Shown: positions 29,847 to 39,385, counted from the stretch's first letter. The stretch is DNA of 64,000 nt from an uncultured Nisaea sp. (GCF_963974195.1 NZ_CAXBDC010000010.1:3097-67096), one strand, 5' to 3'. Notes: generated by a model not told the origin, from the letters alone. Translations and numbers: made by a program.

Positions 29847-31457
29847 TTAGTTGAACGTGAAGTCGTTCAGATCCAGGGTCGTCACACCGGTCACTTTGAT
29901 GATTGCATAATCACCACCGGTTGCGGCCGTACCGTTAACAACAACCGTAACCTGGTTGCTGCCAGAAACTTGCAGGATCTGCGCATCCGAACCAGCAGAG
30001 ACAGAGCTTGTGATCTTCATGCTCGGCTGAACAGAAGAACTGAACCCGAAGCCAGTGAGACCAATCTTATCGCTGCCATCTTCAAAGTTGTAGATGAAGG
30101 CTGCAGTAGCACCTGCGGCGATATTAACGGAAGCATTTGCCTTGCTGACAAAGAAAGTGTCGTTTCCGCCACCGCCATACAGGGAGTCATGCCCACCACT
30201 GCCGGTCCATGCAGAGTACAGCACGTCAGCGCCATCCCCACCGTAGATCAGGTCTGTGGAAGCTGTACCGCCATAGACAGTATCGTTACCAGCACCAGCG
30301 GAGATCGTGTCATTGCCAAGGCTGGCATTGACCAAATCATTACCGTCGCCACCGAACAAGGCGTTTCCGGCAGAACCGTCGGAAATCGTGTCATTACCGG
30401 CGCCGCCATAAATGACTGCGCTACCAGACGCATTGCCAACCACGCTCAGCGAGTCGTTACCATCATCGCCGAACAGCGTATCGCTACCTGCCGTACCAAT
30501 GATCGTATCGTCACCAGCACCGCCCGACAGGATGTCGTTACCGGCACCGTCCCGGATAACGTCGTTGCCAGCACCACCGTCGAGAGTGTCATTGCCAGCA
30601 CCACCGAAGAGGCTATCCGCGCCAGCGTTACCGAAGAGAACGTCGTTACCTTCGCCACCGTCGACCGTATCGTTGTCCTGGCCACCGTAGATCGTATCCG
30701 CACCGGCAGAACCCTGGAGCACGTCAGCACCAGCATTGCCATAGATGAGATCGTTATCACTGCCACCGACAGCCGTATCGTTACCCAAGCCGCCGAACAG
30801 AACGTCCGATCCGGTCTGACCCAGCATGCTATCGTTACCGGCGCCGCCATACAGCGTATCCGTACCTGCAGAGCCGATCAGGGTATCGTTACCCTTGTTG
30901 CCGTACAGAAGATCGGAATCAGAACCACCGTCGATGCTGTCTGCATCGGCGCCACCGAAGATCGTGTCAGCACCGGCACCACCAAGGATCGTGTCATTCT
31001 CGGTGTTACCATAAATCAGGTCAGAACCGGCATCGCCGCTGATGGCATCATTACCGGCACCACCGTAGACCACGTCAGAACCGTCGCCAGCAACAATGGT
31101 ATCGCCACCAAGGTTACCGAAAACAGTGTCCGCACCGGAACCTGCGCTCAGGACGTCATTACCCTGACCGCCATACATGACGTCAGAGTCGCCTTCGCCA
31201 GAAATCGTATCGTTGCCGAGGTTGCCGTAGAGAATGTCGTTACCGTCTGAAGCGAGAATAAGATCCCCGTCCTGACCGCCAAAGACAGTGTCTGCGCCGG
31301 AACCGGCTGAAATCGTATCGCCGCCCTGGTTACCATAAACCAAGTCGGCTCCGCCAAGCGCGCTGACGATATCGCTACCAGCAAGAGCAGTGATCTGATC
31401 AGAATTGCCCGTGCCAGTAATCGTATCCGTCGTACTGGTGCCCGTTATCGTTGCCAT
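29847..31457 (-). CDS. RTX (hemolysin-type Ca2+-binding repeat) protein, almost entirely beta-roll; predicted T1SS substrate
   Basis: 536 aa. Roughly 45 consecutive GGxGxDxUx-type nonapeptides run from about residue 5 to about residue 425 ('GGAGNDTLDGGAGNDVIRDGAGNDILSGGAGDDTIIG'). No signal peptide. A non-repeat C-terminal region of about 110 aa ends 'LDLNDFTFN'. Confidence 0.92.
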   Translation of the reverse strand: MATITGTSTTDTITGTGNSDQITALAGSDIVSALGGADLVYGNQGGDTISAGSGADTVFGGQDGDLILASDGNDILYGNLGNDTISGEGDSDVMYGGQGNDVLSAGSGADTVFGNLGGDTIVAGDGSDVVYGGAGNDAISGDAGSDLIYGNTENDTILGGAGADTIFGGADADSIDGGSDSDLLYGNKGNDTLIGSAGTDTLYGGAGNDSMLGQTGSDVLFGGLGNDTAVGGSDNDLIYGNAGADVLQGSAGADTIYGGQDNDTVDGGEGNDVLFGNAGADSLFGGAGNDTLDGGAGNDVIRDGAGNDILSGGAGDDTIIGTAGSDTLFGDDGNDSLSVVGNASGSAVIYGGAGNDTISDGSAGNALFGGDGNDLVNASLGNDTISAGAGNDTVYGGTASTDLIYGGDGADVLYSAWTGSGGHDSLYGGGGNDTFFVSKANASVNIAAGATAAFIYNFEDGSDKIGLTGFGFSSSVQPSMKITSSVSAGSDAQILQVSGSNQVTVVVNGTAATGGDYAIIKVTGVTTLDLNDFTFN

Positions 31458-31472
31458 TACAACCCCCTAGTT

Positions 31473-31516
31473 AGCATCAAAGCTACACCAAACCGTTCTG
31501 GGTTAGCTTTGGTGCT
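31473..31516 (-). promoter_or_regulatory. Stem-loop in the presumed 5' leader of the RTX gene
   Basis: 13-bp stem (31473-31485 pairing with 31504-31516, one mismatch on the minus-strand RNA) with an 18-nt loop. It sits 16 nt upstream of ATG 31457 and is followed by a GGGGG Shine-Dalgarno. Confidence 0.4.
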
Positions 31517-31904
31517 GCAGATGGATTTCGTCAACCAAAAAATCCTGCACACCAAGCGAACGCCAGTCCTATAGATAGCCGCTTTTGTGCGGCTCGCGAA
31601 ATTTCTTACACCGCTTGCCCAATGAACGCAAGCGGTTACCCCAAATCCTGAACATCATAATACAACAACCCGCTGGGCGATCTCACTCACCGCCCCATGG
31701 CGTATTGAATGCCCCGGGAAGTGGAAATTTTATGTTTAAATTCAGTCTATTAGCGGCAAATTATCGCGAACAGACAGCCCCCCCTCTCCGGCATAAGCGG
31801 ACAAAGGTCATTTTAGGGAGGACGATTTCTGCCGAGAACATGAGGAAATCAGTCTCGATAGCGTGACTTCTCGGCAACAGATCGGCCGGAACCTGAGAAT
31901 CTGT

Positions 31905-33758
31905 TTACTGAAAGGCCCGGTTCACCGCGCAATTCAAGCTTCCGGGCACACTCCATTGTCGCGGCCACATCAGCTCCACAGCCGGCAGCAACGGGCTACA
32001 GGAAGCATCGGGGGGATATCGCCAGTCGCGCTGAACCCTGTTCAGCAATGCAATCGCAGGTGTCCCTGCCGCGACCGACAGCGGGACGAGAGACGTCGCG
32101 GCACTGACAAGGACATCCACGCCCCCGATAGCATCCGCCAATGACGGCAAATCATGCCAGACATCGAAATCGGGGCGGAGAATCCGCTCTTTGCCAAACA
32201 GGGCCTCGACCTCGCACCAGTCATCCCTCGACATGCCGTACTGCAATGGCAGGAACAGGGTGTCATCCAGGGAGGCGAGTTCTGCGAAAGCCTCCAGGGA
32301 AAGGCCGAAAGAGCGGTGCGCCAGCGGCTTTACGCTGCGCCACCCAAGTCCGACAATCTTCTTGCCGTGTCGGCCGGCCCGCAAACGCTCTCTGACCTTG
32401 ACGAGATCTTCCGGCCGGTCCCGAGCCCAGCCTGCCGGTGCCGGAGCTTCCGAGAGGCCTAGCGAGTGAGGCAGGCTGAGTAGCGGTAATTGCGCATCAA
32501 AGAGTGACGTGTCGAGCGTCCGCTCCATGTTTCTGGGAATACATTCAACAAACGGAAAAACGCGGTTTACCAGAGGAACAAGCCGTGCATCGGTCTCCAC
32601 GACAAAGCTTTCATGGCGCCCCCTCAAAGAGGAAATATATCCGAGTCCCCATATCTCATCACCAATGCCCTGCTCTCCCCAGAGGAGAATCCGGTCTCCG
32701 GAAGTTTCCGCCGGCTTCCAGAGAGGAAGATCGAACGAGCGAACCGGATAAAGAGACCGCCCTGGTGATCGCTCAAGATCATGCCCGTACCAGCGATTCT
32801 CATACTCGGCAAACCCCTGTTGATAGGCTTGGGCTTTCAGCAAAAGTATGGCGCGATTGTTCTTGAGCGCAAGGTTATCGGGCGCCATCAGAACCGCACG
32901 GTCATGGAAGGCCAGCGATTCCTGAACCCGCCCGAGATCGTGCAACACCGCTCCGACATTATATGTGTAAGCAGCATTCTGCGGGCGCATCATCAAGGCC
33001 CTGCGCGAGAACCCAATAGCCCTCTCCGGCTCGGACTGATGCTCATACATCGATGAGCGGTTGACCCATATAGCAGGCGAATCCGGGATCAGGCAGGCAG
33101 CAAAATCCAGAGCCTGCGCAGCAGAGGCAAACTCTCTCTGGTCTATCAGAAATGCTGAGGCGGCGATGTACCCGTCACAGATGTTTGGGGCTGTCAGCAC
33201 GGCACGCAGAAAAGCTGTACGGGCAAGCTTGTCCCGGGCTTTCTTTTGCTCCAGAAGCGCACATTCGCGCCAGGCCTCGGAAGATAAAGGGTCGGAGGAA
33301 ATCACCGCCTTCAGAAGTTCGGAAGCGGCCTCCAACTGGTCCATGTCAATCAGTCGCGTGGCGGCAACCACACCAGCCTGCGCCGCACCACCGCAAACCC
33401 AGCTCCATGCCCGCAGTCTGCGGCGGTCTCCCTCAGTGACGGAAACAGGGATCAAAACACCCAGATACTCGTAGGCCCGGGACAGCTCCGGGAAGAGAAT
33501 AGCCGCGGCCCGCAATGGTCCCCAAATTCGGAGCGCTTCTCCTGACGCCAGATACCGGTTGGAAAGATTAACATATAATCTGAAATCGTCGGGGGACAGA
33601 ATGATCGCGCGCGTCAGGAATTTGACCGCGTCGCGCGGCGCGGACGCCGCAAGAGCGGCCCAGCGACCTGCCGCGTCCGGGTTTAGGAGTGTCAGGCGTT
33701 TCTGTTCCCGCGCGTTTTGCGCCACAGAAATTGCATCGCCTGACAGGTGTTGAGCCAT
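31905..33758 (-). CDS. TPR-repeat protein with C-terminal GT9-like domain, paralog 5
   Basis: 'RILLWGEQGIGDEIWGLGYISSL' and 'LVSAATSLVPLSVAAGTPAIALLNRVQRDWRY', with N-terminal TPR-like repeats. Confidence 0.75.
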   Translation of the reverse strand: MAQHLSGDAISVAQNAREQKRLTLLNPDAAGRWAALAASAPRDAVKFLTRAIILSPDDFRLYVNLSNRYLASGEALRIWGPLRAAAILFPELSRAYEYLGVLIPVSVTEGDRRRLRAWSWVCGGAAQAGVVAATRLIDMDQLEAASELLKAVISSDPLSSEAWRECALLEQKKARDKLARTAFLRAVLTAPNICDGYIAASAFLIDQREFASAAQALDFAACLIPDSPAIWVNRSSMYEHQSEPERAIGFSRRALMMRPQNAAYTYNVGAVLHDLGRVQESLAFHDRAVLMAPDNLALKNNRAILLLKAQAYQQGFAEYENRWYGHDLERSPGRSLYPVRSFDLPLWKPAETSGDRILLWGEQGIGDEIWGLGYISSLRGRHESFVVETDARLVPLVNRVFPFVECIPRNMERTLDTSLFDAQLPLLSLPHSLGLSEAPAPAGWARDRPEDLVKVRERLRAGRHGKKIVGLGWRSVKPLAHRSFGLSLEAFAELASLDDTLFLPLQYGMSRDDWCEVEALFGKERILRPDFDVWHDLPSLADAIGGVDVLVSAATSLVPLSVAAGTPAIALLNRVQRDWRYPPDASCSPLLPAVELMWPRQWSVPGSLNCAVNRAFQ

Positions 33759-33805
33759 TTGTAGCGTGCGTCCAGTTGATGTTTAATCGTTGACCTAAGC
33801 GGGCC

Positions 33806-34921
33806 TCAAAGCCCCAGGCGCTCTGATCTCGGAGCGTCCTTGAGCGAAACCCAGCCACCGACTTCCATGCTCCGATACAGAGCATGAAGGAAGGCCAGGG
33901 CCTTGCTGCCTTCATCAACAGAGACAGGCACATCCGTCTTCCCGGCGCGCCAATAGTCGATGACTTCGCGAATATAGGGGCCGTGACCGAGGCCATAGCT
34001 GGTCGGAACGTCCTGGGAGAACGTTGCCTGCACATCCTCGTCACCGGCTTGCGGCTCAATCGATTCCCATGTCTCGACCAGGTTGATCGCCCGGCCGCCT
34101 ACCTTAGCGAGGGCCTTGTCACCAACAATATGAAGAGAAGCCTCGAAATCCCGCGGACGCGCCGCCGTCGTGGCTTCGATCGTGCCCATGGCACCATTCT
34201 CGAACCGGACGATCGCGGTCGCCGTATCCTCGGCTTCCAGTTTGTTGATCACGGCCCGGCCCTGGGCACAAACCGCCTCGATCGGGCCTCCGAGCCAACG
34301 CATGGCATCGATATGATGAATGGCCTGCTGGGATAGCACCCCGCCATCCATCCGCCAGCGGCCATGCCAAGGGTCGTCGTAATAGGACTGGTCACGACTC
34401 CAGTGCACCCGGATACCAACGGAAACCAGCTTGCCGAACCGGCCCTCATCCATCGCGCCCCGCAGGAAGCGCATCGCCGGATTGTAGCGGTTCTGTTTGA
34501 TTTCAGCGCAAATCAGTCCGCGTTCACGGGCAATCCGCGACAGCTCCTCGGCATGCTCAAGCCGCAAGGCTACCGGCTTTTCGACAATCACGTTGATGCC
34601 GGCCTCAAGCGCCTTCTTCGCATGCTCATAGTGATTGCCCGACTCGGTCAGGATGCAGAGGAGGTCGGGTTTTTCCGCAAACAGCGCATCCATGTCGGCA
34701 ACCACCGGGCTGCCGCCAATATCGCCGGCGAAGGATTCCGACTTGGACCGGTCGAGATCCGTAACCGCCACGACATCGGCGATGTCCGTCAATTCGTCCC
34801 GGAACACTTCCCGATAACGCGCCGAAACCCGGCCGCATCCCAGAACCCCGATCCGAGCCCGATTCGCCCTGCTCGCTTCCATCCTCACCATACTCCGCTT
34901 ACTGCTTTCCAGGCTCCCCAC
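33806..34921 (-). CDS. Gfo/Idh/MocA-family NAD(P)-dependent sugar oxidoreductase
   Basis: 'RIGVLGCGRVSARY' Rossmann start and 'VIVEKPVAL' (EKP motif). The true start is probably ATG 34891 or 34882 rather than GTG 34921. Confidence 0.85.
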   Translation of the reverse strand: MGSLESSKRSMVRMEASRANRARIGVLGCGRVSARYREVFRDELTDIADVVAVTDLDRSKSESFAGDIGGSPVVADMDALFAEKPDLLCILTESGNHYEHAKKALEAGINVIVEKPVALRLEHAEELSRIARERGLICAEIKQNRYNPAMRFLRGAMDEGRFGKLVSVGIRVHWSRDQSYYDDPWHGRWRMDGGVLSQQAIHHIDAMRWLGGPIEAVCAQGRAVINKLEAEDTATAIVRFENGAMGTIEATTAARPRDFEASLHIVGDKALAKVGGRAINLVETWESIEPQAGDEDVQATFSQDVPTSYGLGHGPYIREVIDYWRAGKTDVPVSVDEGSKALAFLHALYRSMEVGGWVSLKDAPRSERLGL

Positions 34922-34950
34922 GCATAGGGCAGCCCTATCATGTTATCTCG

Positions 34951-35967
34951 TCAGACTTTTTCACCGTCACCCAAATAGGCGAACCAGGTCTTTGTCGCAT
35001 CCGCGATTGAATCAGGATCCCAGAGCGGAGCATCCTTCCAGCGTTCGATATCCGCCAGCATACGGGCCACGCCATCCTCAAAGGAAATTTCCGGCGCCCA
35101 GCCAAGTTCGCCCTGCAGCTTGGAAATATCCGCCCAGGTCACATCGGGCTCGCCCGGTCGCTTCGGAACATAAACGACCTCGCCGCCTATCAGCTCGACA
35201 AGCCGGTTGATGGATTGCGGGTTTCCGCCGCCGGCATTGTAAATCTCGCCGGATTTCTCGGTCAAAGAAGCCGCGTAAAAGGCGCGCGCGAGATCGGACG
35301 CATAGATGAAATCCCGCCGCTGCGTGCCGTCACCAACAACCGTGAAGGGTTTCCCCGCAAGTTTTTGACGCAGGAAAACACCGAAAACCGCTCCGTAAGC
35401 GCCGGTAGTCCGAACCCGCGTGCCATAGGCATTGAAAATCCGTACCGAGTTGGCCGGCAGCCCATAGACCTGATGCCAATGCAATACCGCCTGCTCACCC
35501 TGATACTTGCTGAGAGCATAGGGATATTGCGGCTGCGCGGGATGCTGCTCGGTGGTCGGTGTGTCCGCCAACCCGTAACAGGAAGACGACGCGGCATAGA
35601 CGAGCTTCTCGACATTCGCCTCGCGCGCGCATTCCAGAACATGGACGGTGCCTTGTGCATTCGTCGCCATATAATCGATCGGACGCTCGATCGACGGCAC
35701 AATGTCGCCGATTCCGGCAAAGTGGTAGACGAAACGTGCACCTTCAAAGGCGGGCCGCATGGACTCGATGTCCCGGATGTCCGCCTCAAAGATCCTGAGA
35801 TCCGGATTGTCCGCATGGTGTTTTAGATTCGAGCGATGACCGCCGACGAAATTGTCGACCACATGCACACGGAACCCTTCGGACAACAGGAGGTCGACCA
35901 TATGACTCCCGATGAAACCGGCACCACCAGTGACGACCGCTGTATACGCCTTATGCACTTGGCTCAT
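34951..35967 (-). CDS. Extended-SDR NAD-dependent nucleotide-sugar epimerase/dehydratase
   Basis: 'AVVTGGAGFIGSHMVDLL', 'YALSKYQGE' (YxxxK) and 'VVDNFVGG'. I moved the start to ATG 35967 to place the Rossmann motif near the N-terminus. Confidence 0.85.
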   Translation of the reverse strand: MSQVHKAYTAVVTGGAGFIGSHMVDLLLSEGFRVHVVDNFVGGHRSNLKHHADNPDLRIFEADIRDIESMRPAFEGARFVYHFAGIGDIVPSIERPIDYMATNAQGTVHVLECAREANVEKLVYAASSSCYGLADTPTTEQHPAQPQYPYALSKYQGEQAVLHWHQVYGLPANSVRIFNAYGTRVRTTGAYGAVFGVFLRQKLAGKPFTVVGDGTQRRDFIYASDLARAFYAASLTEKSGEIYNAGGGNPQSINRLVELIGGEVVYVPKRPGEPDVTWADISKLQGELGWAPEISFEDGVARMLADIERWKDAPLWDPDSIADATKTWFAYLGDGEKV

Positions 35968-36086
35968 TCCCTCTGCACGGTTGAATTCCTGAGGCTCACA
36001 CCCGATAACGACCTGAGTAACACAAGCGGTGACAGAATTTACAGACTGCTGCTTGATAATAAGACAATTTCGAGGGTTCAAACGGC

Positions 36087-36545
36087 ATGGCAGTTAAATG
36101 GGTTCTGGAATCGGATCTGATATTCCTAGAGCCAGCAGTGCGTTTTGCGCGCCTAAGCCCCAATGCCATCCGTGAATATGCCGGCGACACTAAGATCGGC
36201 GCCCTGGCCTACCCGGCTCCATTTTGCCAGCATTCCTCGGACTGGATGCGCGCGCTCTCTCATATCGTGAGCAGAAGTCGCGACTATTCCCTCTATCTGG
36301 TAAAAGTCAGCTCCGATAATGACCGGAAGGAGCTCAGCCGGACCCGCATCGTTCCAACACTCGATACCGAGACGCTGGACCTTCTCCGTCAGATAAATCA
36401 ATCAGGAACCAATGTGCTGGAATCGCAGAGCAAGCGAATTACCGCCGCGATGGAGCGCCTGCGGGAGCGCGCCAAATTCGCTCTGACAGACGATCTGTCA
36501 CAGCTGTATGATGCTGATCAGCACGATCTTGATCTTCAAAAGTAG
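36087..36545 (+). CDS. Hypothetical protein
   Basis: 152-aa ORF in an otherwise empty gap. No motif recognised and coding status is uncertain. Confidence 0.35.
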   Translation: MAVKWVLESDLIFLEPAVRFARLSPNAIREYAGDTKIGALAYPAPFCQHSSDWMRALSHIVSRSRDYSLYLVKVSSDNDRKELSRTRIVPTLDTETLDLLRQINQSGTNVLESQSKRITAAMERLRERAKFALTDDLSQLYDADQHDLDLQK

Positions 36546-36685
36546 GTTTTTCCGCGCACCCAGATGCCAAAAGAATGCGCAGCTTGAACCATGGAACGGC
36601 TTGGACTAATTCAAGGTGAGCAATACACGCGATTCAAACAGATGCGTTTGATCGCCCCTCGCAAAACCCTCAAAGGTCTTCTCGG

Positions 36686-37063
36686 ATGAAAAAATTCGTC
36701 TTGCTTCTGATACTCTGCACTGGCCTTGCGGCCTGCAATTCGGAAGAGGAAGCCGTCGACGGCCGCTGGGTTGGCACGATCTCAGCCGAGGACCGGGTTG
36801 ACCTCAGGATCGAAGGACAGCGTCCCGATGACCAGTTTGTCGTGATTTTCAAGCCCGGGCAGGTTCGTCTGAATGATACGGTCCGCCCCGTCGAATACCT
36901 CTCCAACAACGGGCGGACGATCGTGCATTTCAAGGACGAGAACCGGGCATTGACGGTCTATCACGAGGAAGAAGACCCGAAAACGATCGAGCTGAACGCT
37001 GTCAGCTATTTTCGAGGCAAGGTTCATCGCTTTACCCTGCATCGCGCTCCGGACGAGCAATAG
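36686..37063 (+). CDS. Small lipoprotein, hypothetical
   Basis: Signal peptide with lipobox 'LLLILCTGLAAC|NSEE'. Confidence 0.65.
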   Translation: MKKFVLLLILCTGLAACNSEEEAVDGRWVGTISAEDRVDLRIEGQRPDDQFVVIFKPGQVRLNDTVRPVEYLSNNGRTIVHFKDENRALTVYHEEEDPKTIELNAVSYFRGKVHRFTLHRAPDEQ

Positions 37064-37086
37064 CAGGGTAAAAGTAGCTAACGACA

Positions 37087-38292
37087 ATGCCCCCTTCGCA
37101 AAAACATATCGGGATCGCATGGCATCTCGACCAGCTCTCCGGATGGGGTAATTACGGCTACCAGATAATCAAGCACATGTGCCTTGGCACAGAATACAGG
37201 CCGGTCTTGCTTGAGGACCGAGACGAAGGTTTCAGCGACTCACTCGAAAAAGCGCTGATCGACAGGCGGCTGGATGAACCACTGAAAGCCAACCCGGGCC
37301 TGGTCGAGCGGATGATTAGCATCCGCCGGAAAGCCTCTATCCCGGTCCTTCACGCGCTCGGCGAGGATGCAAGGCCCGCCTTCTCAAAACACTCGGCCGG
37401 GATCGTCGGTTCGACGAACCACGCTCTTACATTCTTCGAGAATGGCAATATTTCCGAGCTATCCCGGGACATCTACAACCGGTTCGAAAGTGTCACTGCC
37501 GGCTCCTCCTGGAACACCGAGCTGCTCGCCGGGAACCGGGTCCGTAACGTCGAGATGTGCATACAGGGAATAGATCCATCCCGCTTTCATCCAGCGCCCA
37601 ACCGTGCCCTCTTTCCTGACCGCTTCGTCATATATTCCGGAGGGAAAATGGAATTCCGCAAAGGTCAGGATATTGTCCTTCGCGCGATTTCAAAGTTCAT
37701 TAAAACACACGACGATGCCTTGCTGATTTGCGTCTGGGGAAACAAATGGGCAGATAGCAGGGGATATCGCTGGTTTGACAATTCTTCACATATTGAAAAC
37801 CCGCCCCGCCCAAAATCGGATAACGATGTCGACCTGTTGCGCTGGTTCGAGGCCTTTGGCCTGCGGCAGAGGCATGTCATGGCATTCAACCACTATCCCC
37901 ATGCAGATACCCCGGGTCTGATCCGTGAGGCCGATGTTGCCGTCTTTGCCAATCGATGCGAGGGCGGCACCAACCTCGTCGCCATGGAAACAATGGCCTG
38001 CGGAATCCCTACGATCATCTCCAAGAACACAGGGCATCTTGACGTCATATTTGATGGAGCCTGCCTGCCACTGTCGGATCAGCGGCAGGTCGTCATCGAC
38101 GAGGCTGGGTACGACACCAGTCACTGGGGCGAATCATCGGTCGATGAAATCATCGCGCATCTTGAATTCGCCTATGATCAACAGGAAAAAGCACGCTCCA
38201 TTGGCGCTGAAGGTGCCCGGAAAATGCAGGAATTCACCTGGGACAAACAGGTAGGGCACTTGATACAGGGCCTGAAAAAACATGGCCTCTGA
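37087..38292 (+). CDS. Glycosyltransferase family 4 (GT-B)
   Basis: 'EGGTNLVAMETMACGIPTIISKNTGHLDVI'. Confidence 0.8.
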   Translation: MPPSQKHIGIAWHLDQLSGWGNYGYQIIKHMCLGTEYRPVLLEDRDEGFSDSLEKALIDRRLDEPLKANPGLVERMISIRRKASIPVLHALGEDARPAFSKHSAGIVGSTNHALTFFENGNISELSRDIYNRFESVTAGSSWNTELLAGNRVRNVEMCIQGIDPSRFHPAPNRALFPDRFVIYSGGKMEFRKGQDIVLRAISKFIKTHDDALLICVWGNKWADSRGYRWFDNSSHIENPPRPKSDNDVDLLRWFEAFGLRQRHVMAFNHYPHADTPGLIREADVAVFANRCEGGTNLVAMETMACGIPTIISKNTGHLDVIFDGACLPLSDQRQVVIDEAGYDTSHWGESSVDEIIAHLEFAYDQQEKARSIGAEGARKMQEFTWDKQVGHLIQGLKKHGL

Positions 38293-39385
38293 AGGCAACC
38301 TTCCCCTATGCGTTCATGCTCTTGGCTGGTTTGAGGGGCGCTTCGGATACAATACCCACACACGGAACTTCTTTGACCGGCTTTCCCTTCTAAAACCCGT
38401 TACCACCTCCCCGATGATCGGACTTGAGGGGCCTTGGGAAGAGGATAGACAGCTCCTCCTGCAAACACCGAATCTCACTCCCCATGCAACAATTGCCCTC
38501 CTGTACGGTAATCTCATGGGTATTCTCGACGACGCACCGGGGCGGCGTATCGCCTATACCGTCTGGGAATCCACCAAATATCCTGACGACTGGATCGGGC
38601 CTCTTTCACGAGCAGACGAGATTTGGATCCCCAGCAAATGGGGGCGCGATGTCCTGATCGACAATGGTCTTCCGGCTGAACGGATTCATGTTGTCCCGGA
38701 AGGCGTGGACCCGATCCTGTTCAACCCGGACATTGCCCCAACCGAAGCATTGAAAAGTTTCAACGGATTCAAGTTCCTCAATATCGGCCGTTACGAGGAA
38801 CGCAAGGGAACCGCCAAGCTGATCAAATGTTTTGACCGGGCATTCGGAAGCAATGACGAAGCTGTCCTGGTTCTTGCCTGCGACAATCAGCACGACCCCG
38901 ATTTCAATATCGGGAAAATCCTGCGGGATCTTGAATTGCAGCACCCGGAACGCATCGCCTTTATCCCGCCGGTCCGGTCTCATGCGCGCCTTGCAGAAAT
39001 ATACCAGTCTTGTGACGCCTTCGTTTCGCCTTTCCGCGCGGAAGGGTGGGGGCTGCCCGTGATTGAGGCCATGGCTTGCGGCCTCCCGGTCATCGCGACA
39101 GGCTATAGCGGCCCGACCGAGTTCCTTGGCGACACGGCTTACTCAATAGACTTCAGATTGACCGATATCGATATTCCTTACTTCGATGCATCGGACAGCA
39201 ACTATGGCCAGTGGGCCGATCCTGACGAAGATCATCTGATCGCCCTGATGCGCGAAGTCTACGCAGAGCGGGAAGCCGCCAAACGGCGCGGCCTGCAAGG
39301 CTCAAACCATGTCATTGAAAATTTCAGCTGGGATCACGCAGCGAAAAAGGCTGCGGCCCGGCTAGATGAAGCAATTTCCCGCTGA
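38282..39385 (+). CDS. Glycosyltransferase family 4 (GT-B)
   Basis: 'AEGWGLPVIEAMACGLPVIATGYSGPTEFLGD'. Confidence 0.85.
   Translation: MASEGNLPLCVHALGWFEGRFGYNTHTRNFFDRLSLLKPVTTSPMIGLEGPWEEDRQLLLQTPNLTPHATIALLYGNLMGILDDAPGRRIAYTVWESTKYPDDWIGPLSRADEIWIPSKWGRDVLIDNGLPAERIHVVPEGVDPILFNPDIAPTEALKSFNGFKFLNIGRYEERKGTAKLIKCFDRAFGSNDEAVLVLACDNQHDPDFNIGKILRDLELQHPERIAFIPPVRSHARLAEIYQSCDAFVSPFRAEGWGLPVIEAMACGLPVIATGYSGPTEFLGDTAYSIDFRLTDIDIPYFDASDSNYGQWADPDEDHLIALMREVYAEREAAKRRGLQGSNHVIENFSWDHAAKKAAARLDEAISR

Noticed and set aside
29838-31250. 470-aa plus-strand ORF with a periodic 'V.T.A' pattern, and several other internal ORFs on both strands
   Set aside because: They are frame and antisense shadows of the RTX gene. 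Their periodicity is the 27-nt nonapeptide repeat read in other frames, and only the minus-strand frame gives the GGxGxD consensus.
29900-31400. Regular about 27-nt periodic repetition that could be mistaken for a CRISPR-like or tandem-repeat array
   Set aside because: The repeats are degenerate, have no spacer/repeat alternation of CRISPR size, and lie fully inside a coding frame encoding RTX nonapeptides.
29847-31457. Many N-D-T/S sequons ('GNDTL', 'GNDTI', 'GNDSL') suggesting cytoplasmic N-glycosylation of the RTX protein
   Set aside because: N-D-T is part of the generic RTX consensus (GGxGNDTL) in non-glycosylated RTX proteins, so the enrichment is not evidence by itself. It remains only a testable possibility under the TPR-GT finding.
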